Origin: Lama guanicoe
Lineage: Eukaryota
Assembly: GCA_013239625.1 (NCBI GenBank)
Contig: MU054122.1
Span: 460,773-524,772, forward strand
Length of the DNA: 64,000 bases
Reading direction: 5' to 3'
The position numbers were made by a program, and so were the translations under genes. The notes below the pieces were generated by a model. It ran no database searches, was not told where the DNA came from, and was given only the letters and a program-made list of their open reading frames with translations. Shown here piece after piece: positions 1 to 13,842 of this stretch (within the stretch, counting starts at the first letter, position 1; each line of letters begins with the position of its first letter).

Positions 1-944
1 AAGCAGGCCCACAGATGACCCAGAGGCTGGAATTAGAGACAAGGATTTTAAGAGAATGATCATAAATATGTTAAAGACTGAAAAGGAATGGTGCACAAAA
101 TAAGGGGAAGTGCTGAGAATTGGGGGGTATTCTCATTCTAAGATGGAAAGCCTTGAAAAAGAATCAAATAGAAATTCTATAATAAAAAATATAATATCTA
201 AAATGAAAAATTCACTGGGAGAGCTTAGTGACAAGTCTGACACACAAAAGAGAGAATAAATGCTCTTGAACGGGTCAAGAGAAATTATCCAATCTAAAGC
301 ATATTGGGGAAAAAAAAAAGTGAAAACAGAACAGATCACTAGAGGATTGTGGAACAATATGTAATTGGAGTCCCAGAAAGAGAACAGAGAAAATTATAGG
401 GCAGAGCTAGCTATGTGTGAAGAGATAATGGTAGAGAGCTTTTCAAAAGTGAAGGAAGCAATCAACCTACAGATTCAAGAATCTCTGAGACCCCCAAATA
501 AAAATTGTTCAAATAGAAGAAAGAACATTGTACCTACGCATATAATAGCCAAACTGTTGAAAACCACAACAGAAAGAAAACCAAACAGAGAGAAAAACTT
601 AATAACATCCAGATAAAAAGAATACTCTGCATCTCAGAAAACCACTTCTATTCAGAAACAATGAAAGCTAGAAGATAAAGGAATGACATTTTAACATGCT
701 GCAAGGGAAAAAAAATTGTCAACTTAGATTGTTACACTCAGTGAAAATGTCCTTCAAACTGTAGGCAAAATAAGCAAATTTTTAGACAAACAAAATCTGA
801 GAATTCATCACCTACAGTGCAAGAAAAACTAAAGAAATTCCTTTGAGTTGAAGGCAAATGATCTTGAATAAAAGCCTAGAAGGAATGAAAAGCATCAGGA
901 AAGATAAATATGTAAGTAAGATGTAACAGGTCATCTTGAATGCT

Positions 945-1020
945 TTATTATTATTATTATTTTTGACGGGGGAGGTAATTAGCTTTATCTATGTATTCAT
1001 TTTTTACTGGAGGTACTGAG
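945..1020 (-). mobile_element. Truncated Vic-1-like SINE (3' part only)
   Basis: gggggaggtaattag...tggaggtactg is the reverse complement of the SINE tail seen in the full copies (cagtacctcca...taattacctccccc). Confidence 0.65.
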
Positions 1021-1677
1021 TTAATGTTTTCAACTTTTCTTTGAAGTCCTTTTAAAGCAACCATAACTATACGGCATTATAGGATTTTTAACATGTGGAA
1101 AAATTAAATATATGAAAATAATTCCATAAGAGTCAAAAAGGGAAGTGACACAGTTCTCAAAAGTGTTTTACATTGTCTAGTAAGTGGCATTGCAGATGGA
1201 TTTTGATATGTTTGGTTTGCAAAGTTTGCATTTTATAACCCCTGTGTATCTACTAAAAATAATTCAAAGAGGTGTAACTAAAAGCCAGTCAAGAAGATAA
1301 AATGTAATACTAGAAACTACTTGATTAATCTAAAAGAAGACAAGGAACAAAGGAACAAAGGGCAAAAGGAACAAATAGAATACAAGAAGATGGCGTAACT
1401 GCATCAGAAGTTAAATGCCAATCGACTAAATGTTCCAGTTAAAGTAAGAAACAGTCAAACTAGACAAAAGAACAAGGTTCAGCCTTTGTGACTGACAAGA
1501 CACAATTTACACATAAGATAGGTTCATAGCAGAAGAATAGAAAAATGCCTTGCATACACAAGGCATAAAAAAAGATTCGGTGCTTATTTTAATATCGGAT
1601 AAAGTAGACTTCAAGACAGAGATGAGGAGACTATTTGATGATGATAAATGGGTTGATTCATCAAGAAGACAAGACAA

Positions 1678-4012
1678 CACTTTGACCAGTGCGCCCGGAA
1701 CATCTCTAGCTAGGACGCGGCTGCAGGCTGCGGAGGCACCGGCGCGGACGCCACGCTTCAGGTGGGCCGGCGTGCGGGCCTGGCCGCGAAGCCTCGCCCC
1801 CGGTGCTTCGCCCGCCGCTCGGAACGCGCAGTCGCGCCTCAGCGCCGCAGCGATCGGCCGACCGCCACCCCCCGCGCGCCTCTGCGCAGCCCCGGTATGC
1901 CTCGCGAGCGTCCCCTTCCGAGCGGAGAGGCCACCTTCTCGCTCCTCGGCCTGGCCTCCGGGAAGAATCGGGAGCGGACCCTGGCGCCTCGGCCGCCGGC
2001 GATGCACGCAGACGCGGACAATTAGATGACAGCGGACGGGGAGGGGGAGCGGGACCCCGCTGCGGGGCGCCCGAGGCGGAGAGAGGCCCTTCTGAACCCC
2101 GGATGTTGACGACACTTGACTAGGGTACCACGGAGAACTGTGAACTGCGGTGGCGTCAGTGGCCCGGAGAAATCGGCATTTAAATCTGTTGTTTCGGGAC
2201 GTGATGCTGAGGCTCTTGGAAGACTGGTGTGAAGGGGTGGATGTGAACCCTCGGAAAGCGCTGTCGATTGCCGGCATCCCCCAGACCTGTAACGTGGCGG
2301 CAATCGAGGAGGCCCTGCGAGCTGCTTTAGCTCCCTCGGGCGAGTACCGACTGCTCGGGAGGATGTTCCGGGGGGACGAGGACAGGAAGGTAGCCTTAAT
2401 AGGGCTTACTGAGGAGACTAGTCATGCTCTGGTCCCCAAGGAGATACCCGGAAAAGGGGGTGCCTGGAGAGCGATCTTTAAGCCCCCTGACCCAGATAAT
2501 GAATTTTTAAGCAGATTAAATGAATTCTCAGAGGGAGCGGGCATGACACTGGGCTAGTTTACCAGAGCTCTGGGATATGGAAACGACCCGTTTGGCCTAG
2601 ACCAGGACATGATCCCAGAAATGCGGGCCCCTATGTTGACACAGGCCTTAGGTGAGGCCCTTCAGCCTGCTCTGCAATACCTGAAATACAGAAAGCTGAC
2701 AGTATTCTCAGGCAGTGATCCTCTGGAACCAGAGGAAGAAGAATTTGAATCCTAGCTGTTTCATACCACTCAAATGATGAAGACATGGCAGGTATTAGAT
2801 ACCAAGAAGAGAAGGAGACTGCTAGAGAGCCTTAGAGGCTCAGCATCTGATATTATTCGTGTCCTCAAGATAAACAGTCCATTAATTACAGTTCCTGAAT
2901 GCGTGCAGGCTCTTGAACAGGTGTTTGGGGTTATCAGTAACCCTAGTTGCAAGTCAAATATCTGACTACTTACCAAAAGGATGAAGAAAAATTGTCTGCT
3001 TATGTGCTAAGGCTGGAGCCTTTATTACAGAAACTGGTAGAGAGAGATGTAATTGAGCGAGAAGTTGTGAATCAGGCCCGCCTAGACCAAATCATTGCTG
3101 GAGCAGTCCCCAGAACCCCGCGTGGGAAGTTTGCTCTGTCAGAGGATGGCTCAGCCCCTGGCTTATTGCAGTTACTGACACTGATAAAGGATGAAGAGGC
3201 AGCTGAGGAGGAGCACCTTCTCCAGGCAGGATTAGAGGGCCTTTTCACCCGAATCTTGGGATCAGGAAGGGCTCCCTGGCAGTGAGCAGAGCATGAAGGT
3301 AGAACAGTCCATATACGCAGTGATAGACATTAACCAATCCCTGCCTTGTGCTGCCAAGTAACTCATTTTTGTGCAGTTCTCAGTATATTCCTTTGTCATT
3401 TCTGTGCCTATTTAATGTCTCCTATATGTGTCATTGACTAGGAGGATGCAGTTCTGCACTGGTGTTTATATATTTAAATTCACCCTGTGATTTTTTTTAT
3501 CACACACAGCTGTACAGAAAGTCTAAGCACTACATGTGTGTAGTACTTTGAGCGAACAGGCAAGGTCAGGTACACATGCTGGCCAGATCTGCTTGAGCTG
3601 TCAGCTTGTGTGATAATAGGCGCAAGTGTAGCTGTCAGATGTGATAATGTATCATAGGTTCTCTTTTTTTGTTGTTTATTTGTTTATGTTGACATAGTTG
3701 ACAATATGTTAGATTCTGGTGAATAGCAAAGTGATTCAGTTATGTATATACATATATATATTCTTTTTCAGATTCTTTTCCATTATAAATTATTACAAGA
3801 CATTGAATGTAGTACTCTGTGTTATATAGTAGGTCCTTGTTTATTTTATATATGACAGTGTGTATCTGTTAATTCCAAACTTCTAATTTACCCCTCCCTC
3901 CCTACTCTGTCCCCTTTGGTAACCGTAGGTTTGTTTTCTGTGTCTGTGAGTCTGTTTCTGTTTTGTAAATAAGTTCATTTGTATCATTTTTTAGATACAC
4001 ATTATAATATAA
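1678..4012 (+). pseudogene. MOAP1: Processed pseudogene of MOAP1 (PNMA4; Ty3/gypsy Gag-derived PNMA family)
   Basis: Translation from 2201 matches MOAP1 ([86 protein letters not shown]). Lesions: start position reads GTG (2201), TAG at 2555-2557, TAG at 2753-2755, frameshift at ~2945, native stop position reads CGA (3250-3252). A-tail at ~4007-4017. TSD aagaagacaagacaa (1663-1677) / aaaaagtcaagacaa (4013-4027). Confidence 0.93.
3665..4005 (-). mobile_element. Antisense L1 3'-end fragment within the MOAP1 retrocopy 3' UTR
   Basis: Reverse-complement match to the artiodactyl-type L1 3' UTR seen on the + strand at 18918-19217 and 27600-27848. Confidence 0.8.
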
Positions 4013-4615
4013 AAAAAGTCAAGACAATTCTAAGTTAATAGGTACATAATAATGTGGTAAAAAATGACAGAAGTTAAAAAAGAAATTTTAACATTTATAA
4101 ACATAGTTGGGTATCTTAACACACTTGTCCTAGTAATTGATAGAACAAACAGATGAACAACAAGCAAGGATATACAGGTTTGAACATCACTATTCACTGA
4201 TTCAGCCTAGTCAATGGTTAAGGAACACTACATCCAACAACTGGAGAATATGCATTATTTGCAAAGGCATGAGGAACAGTTAACAAAGTAGATCAGATGG
4301 TTTTTCATAAATGAATTTCTCGATGAGTTTCAAAAGACAGAAATCATAAGACTATGCTGTCTGATTCCAAGAAATGTAACCAGAACTAATAATAATAATA
4401 ATAATATCTAGAAAATCCCCCAAATGTTTTAAAATGGTGCAGCACACTTTTTAATAAGCCATGGATCAAAAAAGAAATCACAGTGGAGATTAGAAAATGT
4501 TTTGGTTCAGATGACAATAAAAATATGATACATTGAAATCCCTAGGATGCAACTAAAGCAGTGCTTGGAGGAAAAATTATATAACTTTAAATGCATGTAT
4601 TAGAAGTGAAGTATT

Positions 4616-6583
<1,968 letters not shown>

Positions 6584-7789
6584 AAGTGAAGTATTTAAAG
6601 TCAATGATCTAAGCTTTCACTTCAAGAAGCTCTTCCCTTGGGTGATGACGGTGGGCAAATCTTGGGGGAACTCAGGGCTTTGCCCTGCAGTGGTACGTAT
6701 GATGAGTTGGGTAGAAAATGGAGCAAGGATTGAGAGGAAATAGTGATTTTGATTCTGATTCCCCATACCAGAGAATGCAGAAAAAGAAAAGAAGAAAACA
6801 AGTATTCTAAAATGGCTCATTGTGCAAATAATACTAATTGCATTCGTTCACATAAACTAATTACTGTTTTCCCTAATCATCATGCAGCCTATGAACAATA
6901 ATCTAAACCACCACATATGTGTCAGATTGACTAAGTTTAATTGGACAGTGTGTACACTGTCACCACGGTTTATAGCACATCGCTTATCCACCCACAGGTG
7001 TGAAGACGTTAATGGAACATTCGCCCCGTGAATTTTTTCCCCCATGAATGCTGAATTCTAGGAAGCTTCATGATTTCCACCGTTGGGAACTTAATCATTG
7101 TTCTCTGCTCCCATTTATGTCTCTCTCCATGGATCCATTGCAACTGCTGCTGCCCCTCCGTCTGCTGGAACACAGGCTAACTTCGAAAGACAACATGAAA
7201 TCTTCCAGTGTTTCAACCAGAAATGGTGTGACGTTGTCTCTTGGTAATGACTCAAGAAGGCAAACAAAGAAGGCGCTCTGCCCTCTGCAATGATTACATC
7301 ATTGTCCGCCAGCTAAGGAGCTGCCATCATTTACTGAGTCAGAGGTATGACAACTGTAGTTCCCAAGTTTCCCACAAGTCCAGCTTTCAATATTCTGTCC
7401 TTCATTTTTTTGGTTCAGAAGATATGATTTTTGTACTCAGGGTACAGACTGAGGCCTGTCCGGCTGCACGTTACCTGAGGGGTGACACCTGAATCAGCAA
7501 TGAAGGGCTTTCCTGTGGCCGTGGGGCTAAGTGCTCTATAGCCCCGTCCAATGGTAAAGGTCCCTCAGAGAGAAGAAATGAATAATGGTGGCAGTGGACA
7601 TTCAGCGAGGCCACCCTGCTGAATGACGTCATGGACGCTGGTCACCCTCTGCAGCCACGGACCAGACCTCCTTGCACAGATCTGGTCACACTGACTCAAT
7701 TGCTTCAGAATGTTTGCTATTTCAAAACAAGGAAATGATTTGGGAAACTATGATCCATTATGACAACAGGCAACAATTTTAAATGATGA

Positions 7790-8250
7790 TTGTGTTAGAG
7801 CCCAATCACGACTGTGAAAAATCACTACAAACTGAATGGCTTAAACACAACTATATTTATTATCCTCAATTCTGAAGCTCAGACATCCGAAATGGATTGG
7901 TAGACACTATACAAGAGAGTCTGTTTCCTTGCCTTGTCCATCTTTTAGAGGCAGCTCATGTTCCTTGGTTCTTGATCCCTGGCCCCTTGTCTCACTCTGA
8001 CCTCAGCTTCCATGGTCACGTCTCCTTTTCAGATTCTCCCATCTTCTTCTTTCCCTTAAAGGACTGTTGTAATTATAACAGATGCAACTGGATAATCCAG
8101 GATAGTCCAGGAAAATGTCCCCATCTCTAGACGCCAAACCTAACACATCTGCAAAGTCCCTTTTGCCACACAAGATAACACATTCACAGGGTCCAGGATT
8201 GGGATATAAACATCTTGGAGGAGAGGGGGTCAATCATTCTGCCAACTGCA
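7790..8250. mobile_element. MaLR LTR (MLT1-type) solo LTR
   Basis: Characteristic text: tactacaaactgaatggcttaaacacaac..atttattatcctcaattctg..; ..atccaggata..catctgcaaagtcccttttgcca..cattcacagggtccaggatt. Confidence 0.7.
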
Positions 8251-8769
8251 CTGATCATGGAATTTATGCCAAACCAAGGGAAAGAATTCCTGATACAATG
8301 TTAACTGAAGAAAAATACCCAACTGAAATTATATGGCATATAAAAATGTACACATGGAGTAGAAAATCAGGGTTAAATGTGAAAAAAGTTTTGTAAAAAT
8401 AGCAAGATTATAGATGCTTTTCTCCCCCCACCCACCCCCATTCCACCTCTAGCCAGTCATTTCCTTTAACGGCATATTCTGTGGGAAAAAGAGATTTGAG
8501 ATTTACTGGAACGTGCCAAGAAAATAATTAAAATTGAAAAATAGTAAATATGTTTTCTTTATCCCAACAAATAATTAAACTATGTCTCATTTTCTTTCCT
8601 AATTTTTAATAAAATAAGAAATAAATGAAAGCAAAGCTAATCTTGGTAGCACTACAAAGGAAGTATAGTTATTCACACTATCAAAGGGAAAGCAAAAGTG
8701 GTATATGAACCTAGAAACCTAACTGCACCATTTCTTTAGAAATTCTGAGTTTATCATCTATTTTTAATT

Positions 8770-9760
8770 ATCAATTTTTGTAACAGCTTTCTTGACATAC
8801 ATTTTACATACCATAAAATTCATATTTTTCAAGTCTATAATCCATGGTTTTTAGTATATTCACAAAGCTGTGCAAGCATCACCAGTATCTAATTTCAGAG
8901 GGTTTTTATCACCCCCAAATGAAACCCTATACCCATTAGCAGCCTTTCTCCATACCCCCTTCCTCCGGCCCTTGGCAACCACTCATCTACTTTCCTTTCT
9001 CTCCAAATTTGCCTACTCTGGACATTGCACATAAATGAGATCATACAAAATGTGACCTTTTGTGACTGGTTTCTCTTACTAAGCATAATGTTTTCAAGAC
9101 TCATGCATGTTATTACTCATGCACCAGTGTTTCATTCCTTTTTGTGTCCCATGAACACTCCATTGTATGGAGATACTTCTTTTTATGTATCCTGTCATCA
9201 GTTGGACATTTATCCATTCACCAGTTGATGGACATTTGGGATGTTCTACTTTTTGTCATTATGCATAATACTGCTATGAACATTTGTGAACAAATTTCTA
9301 GGTAGACATAGTTTTCGTTTCTCTTGGGTATGTACCTAAGAGTGGAATTGCTGGGTCATACAGTAACTTTATGCTTAACATTTTGAGGAACTGCTAGGCT
9401 GTTTTCCAAAGTGCTTACACCATTTTATGACCCCGCCAGCAACGTATGAGGGGTTCAGCTTCTAGATATTTTCATTTTTATTTATTGTCTGTCTTAAAAA
9501 TGAGCTGGTATCTCCTTGTGATTTTGATCTACCTTTCTCTAATAATAATGCTGCTGAAATATCTCTTCCTGTGGTCACTGGCCTTTTGTATGACCTTTTT
9601 AGAGAGATACCTATTCAAGCCCTCTGCCTATTTAATAATTAAGTTATTTAGCTTTTCTTTGTTGAGCTACAAGAATTCTTTATATACATTGGATGCAATT
9701 CCCTTATCAGATATATGATTTGCAAGAGTTTTTTTTTACCATTCTTTGAGTATGTTATTA
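8770..9760 (-). mobile_element. L1 (L1MB-like) 3' end, antisense
   Basis: Typical antisense 3'UTR/ORF2-end text: gactggtttctcttactaagcataatgttttcaag; gagtggaattgctgggtcata; cccttatcagatatatgatttgcaa. Confidence 0.8.
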
Positions 9761-12429
9761 ATTTTTTTTAACACCAAATGCACTCTATGCATGCTTATTC
9801 AAGATTATAACAATGCTAGAAAAATCAATTATGGATGTCATTCCTTTCACATTTGTATTTTCTCTCCATTTCTTTTTCCCTCCTTAAAGTTCAGTGTTAC
9901 CATTCTGAAGTTAGTTAATATATGATTGTCAGAGACAAATCTTACCCTGACATGGAATACATAGTGAACTCCTCTCTCTAACACACTTGTTCTTTTTGTT
10001 CTAACACTGCAGTTTCCCTTTCTTTGTAACCAACAAAAATTTAAAAAAAAAAAAGCTTTTTCTAATAAATGCTCTCAACTCTGGTCTCTTACTCATAAAA
10101 TCAAAGATAACACCCCATCTTGTAGCTCTTGGTAGTCCCTACGGATTGCTTCTGTCAAAATTCAGAACAACTGAGCATGCACTTTCTGCTCTATCTGTTG
10201 AGCTACTTTTTCCTTTCCTGCTGTCAGTTCTTGCTACTGTGCTTTTTAAACATGAAAATCTTTTTAGGAACCATAATCCAACATCCCTTGCACCTAGTTT
10301 GGTGAATCTATGTGCCTAGGTTCATGCCCATGTACGTGGGCTACATCCTTACAGAAGAGGGCACGTTTCTTTGCCCACCTTCCTTTTTCCTGCTACTTGG
10401 CACAAGAGTGTGGTGATGAGTCATGTAGATGAGAGGAGCACCTTAGGAATGGCTGAGAATCAGGTCTGAAGTCTCTCAATCTCCACGTGATCTTATTGAG
10501 TAGTCACTGTGCCAGTCCCAGATCATTTATATGCAGGTAGTAGGGGAGAGAGACATAAATCCCTATTTCATTTAAACCACTGTTATTTGGAGAGTTCTAT
10601 GAAGCCCAGTCTAAGATGCCATAAATAGGATGCATCATTAGCATCCATACATCTAAGAAAGAATGTTTGCTTTCAAATATACTATTTTCCGGTGCTTCTT
10701 TACCACTTAAATTTTTTATTTTTCAAAAAACTCTTTAAAAAGGACTCTTGGAGGCTTATTTTTGCAGAGATTTAAAAAAATATATATTGCTCTTGTGCGT
10801 ACATAAGAACGTCTAGGCTATGTCAAAGTTTTACTTTTTATTAAAAGGAACACCAACCAAAAAATAACTGTCCTGGAATAAAATGATTCTAAGTACTGCT
10901 TTTCCTATCTTTCTTTTCTTTTCTTTCCTTTCTTTCCTTTTTTCTTTTTTTGGATTTGCCCATTATTCTTCACTCTGTCTTCAGAAAGCTCTTGGCAGGC
11001 TATCAAATCATGTCACTTATTTCTTTCAGTAGCTTTTCCTGTGACAAGATAACCATAATCTGACCTGAGTTCTTCACTCTGCTTATAATGCTTTTTCACT
11101 CTTTGGATCTTTCTTAAAACCTAAACTGTTAGCATTTAAGGTCCTTTCTCAATACTCTTAGGAGGCATTTTGATAAAATGGTTTCCTTAGCAAAATATAT
11201 CCTCACTCTGAATGGGAGTTATGTGCATGCTTTGGTGATTTTGCAGCATGAGGTAGTAATATTTGACAAGGCAAAGCAAGAATCTTCTCTGCCATAAAAT
11301 TATTGTGCATGGCTTACGTTAAACTTCTCAGCTGTTACTAGAGATTTTAAGGACATTTACTTTTACCCCAAAACCCTATATAGTTGAGTCCATTGTCATC
11401 TCTGTGTACTTCACTCTCATATAAAATTATCAGGAAGTTCCACTGTGGCTTGTGAATTTGGTTAGCTAAATCATCAGTGAGCTAACTAAGAGGATTACTG
11501 GACGATCCATGTAACAGAATATTATCAACCTAGGAAATATTTTCCAAGACTAACAATAACTTGAAATTATGCTCATATTAAGTGAGAAAGCAGGATATAC
11601 AATTGTATGTTCAATGCAACTTCAACTATATAAATAAAAATGCTTTAAAAAGACTGGAAGGAAATATATCAAAGAATTAATGTAGTCTATATTTCATATT
11701 AAGGGTCCGTAAACATTTTCTGTAAACAGTCAGGTAGTAAATATTTTAATTACATAAACTGTCCATTGCACCATTGCATCTTCTCCCCTCCTCCAACAAC
11801 CCCTTTGTGATAATTAATTCTATATGTCAACATGACTGGGCAGTGGTCCCAAATAATAAAGGCACACACTGCAGAGCCTCTTGAGACTTAGGATCCAGGA
11901 CTCATACAACATCACTTCTGCCATGTTTTTCTAGTCAAATCCACCAGGCTAGCCCAGATGCAATGGAGGAAAGAAAAGGACTCCATTTCTGAAAAGGAAA
12001 GATGACGATGTCACATTGCTGAGGGACACACATACCAGGATGGGTGAAATGTGTAGCTGTTAAACAATCTACAATATTTTTTAAAAATTGTTTTCTGCTT
12101 CTAACTCTTCCTATTGGTTCTTGGTCTTCAATTAAAAACCATATAAAATAATTCTCTATTTAAATAACATCATTTTAACCATTTGAAGAGAGCTGTAATA
12201 TGACTTCTAGGTCTTCCCTTCCTTTGTTCTTTTCACTGTTCTCGACTTGACTTACTGACTTTATTCTAGAAGTGTAGACTAGACTAGAGCAAATACTTCC
12301 CCTTTTCATTGAGGCATGAATATATCCAGTAAAGAATATCAACTGTATAACTCAGTAAAGGGTTATATCTGTTTATATTTACTTAAGTATCACCCCGATC
12401 AAGATATAAAACATTTCCAGAACATGAGA

Positions 12430-13794
12430 TGCTCTTTTATTCCCTTCCCAGTACACAGGCACTCCAAGCCGCTATTCCCTCCAGCTCAGCACAGAGAAAG
12501 TAGACAAACACCCAGCTACTAGTTTCTCCCTGACAAAGGCTAAACCACATATCTAACGTCCTGATATTTCCAGCTATTGCTCGAAGCTCGGGCTTCCAAT
12601 TAGTCTGCATCAGGAAGCCAAGGGGCAGGCAATTAGAAATCTTCCAGGAGCCTGGATGGGCATACGGACAACTCTCATGCCTTCGGGACACTGATGAGTC
12701 TTGGCACACCCTATTCTTCCAGGAGCCATTAAAAATAAAGACAGCAGCTTGGATGAATACAAAGGTGTAAGAGGTAACCAGGAAGTTGGGCTGGGCTGAT
12801 TGGAGAAGTTCAACACCTGCATGAGGCCAGACTATCACAACTCGGAGAGGTGACTGTTTTATTTAATGTGAAGAAACTAATACAGAGAGTAAAGGAAAGT
12901 GAAGAAACAGGAAGATGTGTCCCAAACAGAATAAGTCTCCAGAAACTGATCTTAATGAAAGGGAGATAAGCGATTTATCTGACAGAGCATTCAAATAACA
13001 GTCATAAAGATGCTACTGTAGTCAGAAGGGCAATGCATGAACAAAGTGAGAATTTTAACAAAGAAATAGAAAATATTAAAAAGTACTAGACAGAAATCAT
13101 AGCACTGAAGAGCACAATAACTGGACTGAAAAATTCAATAGAGAGATTCAACAGCAGACTTGACCAAGGGGAAGAAAGGATCACCATACTTGAAGTTATA
13201 TCAGTGGAAATCATCCAGAAGAGCAAAAAGAAAAATAATAAAAGGAGTAAAGATAATGTAAGGGAATTATGCAACACCATAAAGTGGACCAATATATGTA
13301 TCATAAATGTTCCAGAAGGAGAAGAAAGAAAAGGGCAGAATCTTTCTTCAAAAAAAAAATGGATAATAATTTCTCAAATCTGAGGAAAGAAACAGACATC
13401 CAGATTCATGAAGCTCAGAGGGTAGAAGATGAACCCAAAGAGACCCACACTGAGACACAATGTAATTAAACTCTCAAAAGTTAAAGACAAAGAGAGAATC
13501 TTAAAAGCAGCAAGAAAAATGCAAATTGTTATGCACAAGGGAACCTCTATAAAACAATCAGAGGATTCTTCAGCAAAACTTTGGAGGCCAGAAGGGAATG
13601 GAATTATATATTTAAAGTGCCGAAAGAAAAAAAAAAAAAAGCCTGCCAACAGAAAATATTATACCTGGCAAAGTTGTCCTTCAGAACAGAAGGAGAGGTA
13701 AAAATTTTCCTAGACAGGGAGGAGGGTATAGCTCAGTGATAGGGTGTGTGCTTAGCATGCATGAGGTCCTGGGTTCAATCCCCAGTACCTCCAT

Positions 13795-13842
<48 letters not shown>

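Noticed and set aside
1507..2303. Long overlapping ORFs (256 aa on -, 159 aa on +, and others) over the MOAP1 leader
   Set aside because: Arg/Ala/Pro-rich by-products of GC-rich, stop-poor DNA. They cross the L1/retrocopy junction and show no recognisable homology.
2940..2965. Overlapping MOAP1 frames as a programmed ribosomal frameshift (as in PEG10)
   Set aside because: Both frames are parts of one MOAP1 protein with a few bases missing, no slippery heptamer is visible, and upstream stops already truncate the frame.
2201..3285. MOAP1-like sequence as a functional PNMA gene or an endogenous retroviral gag
   Set aside because: Two nonsense codons, a frameshift, an A-tail and a TSD; no LTRs, primer-binding site or pol.
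13717..13795. tRNA gene (tRNA-Ala-like A and B boxes)
   Set aside because: It has a SINE tail, a TSD and multiple diverged copies in the window, so it is a SINE rather than a tRNA gene.
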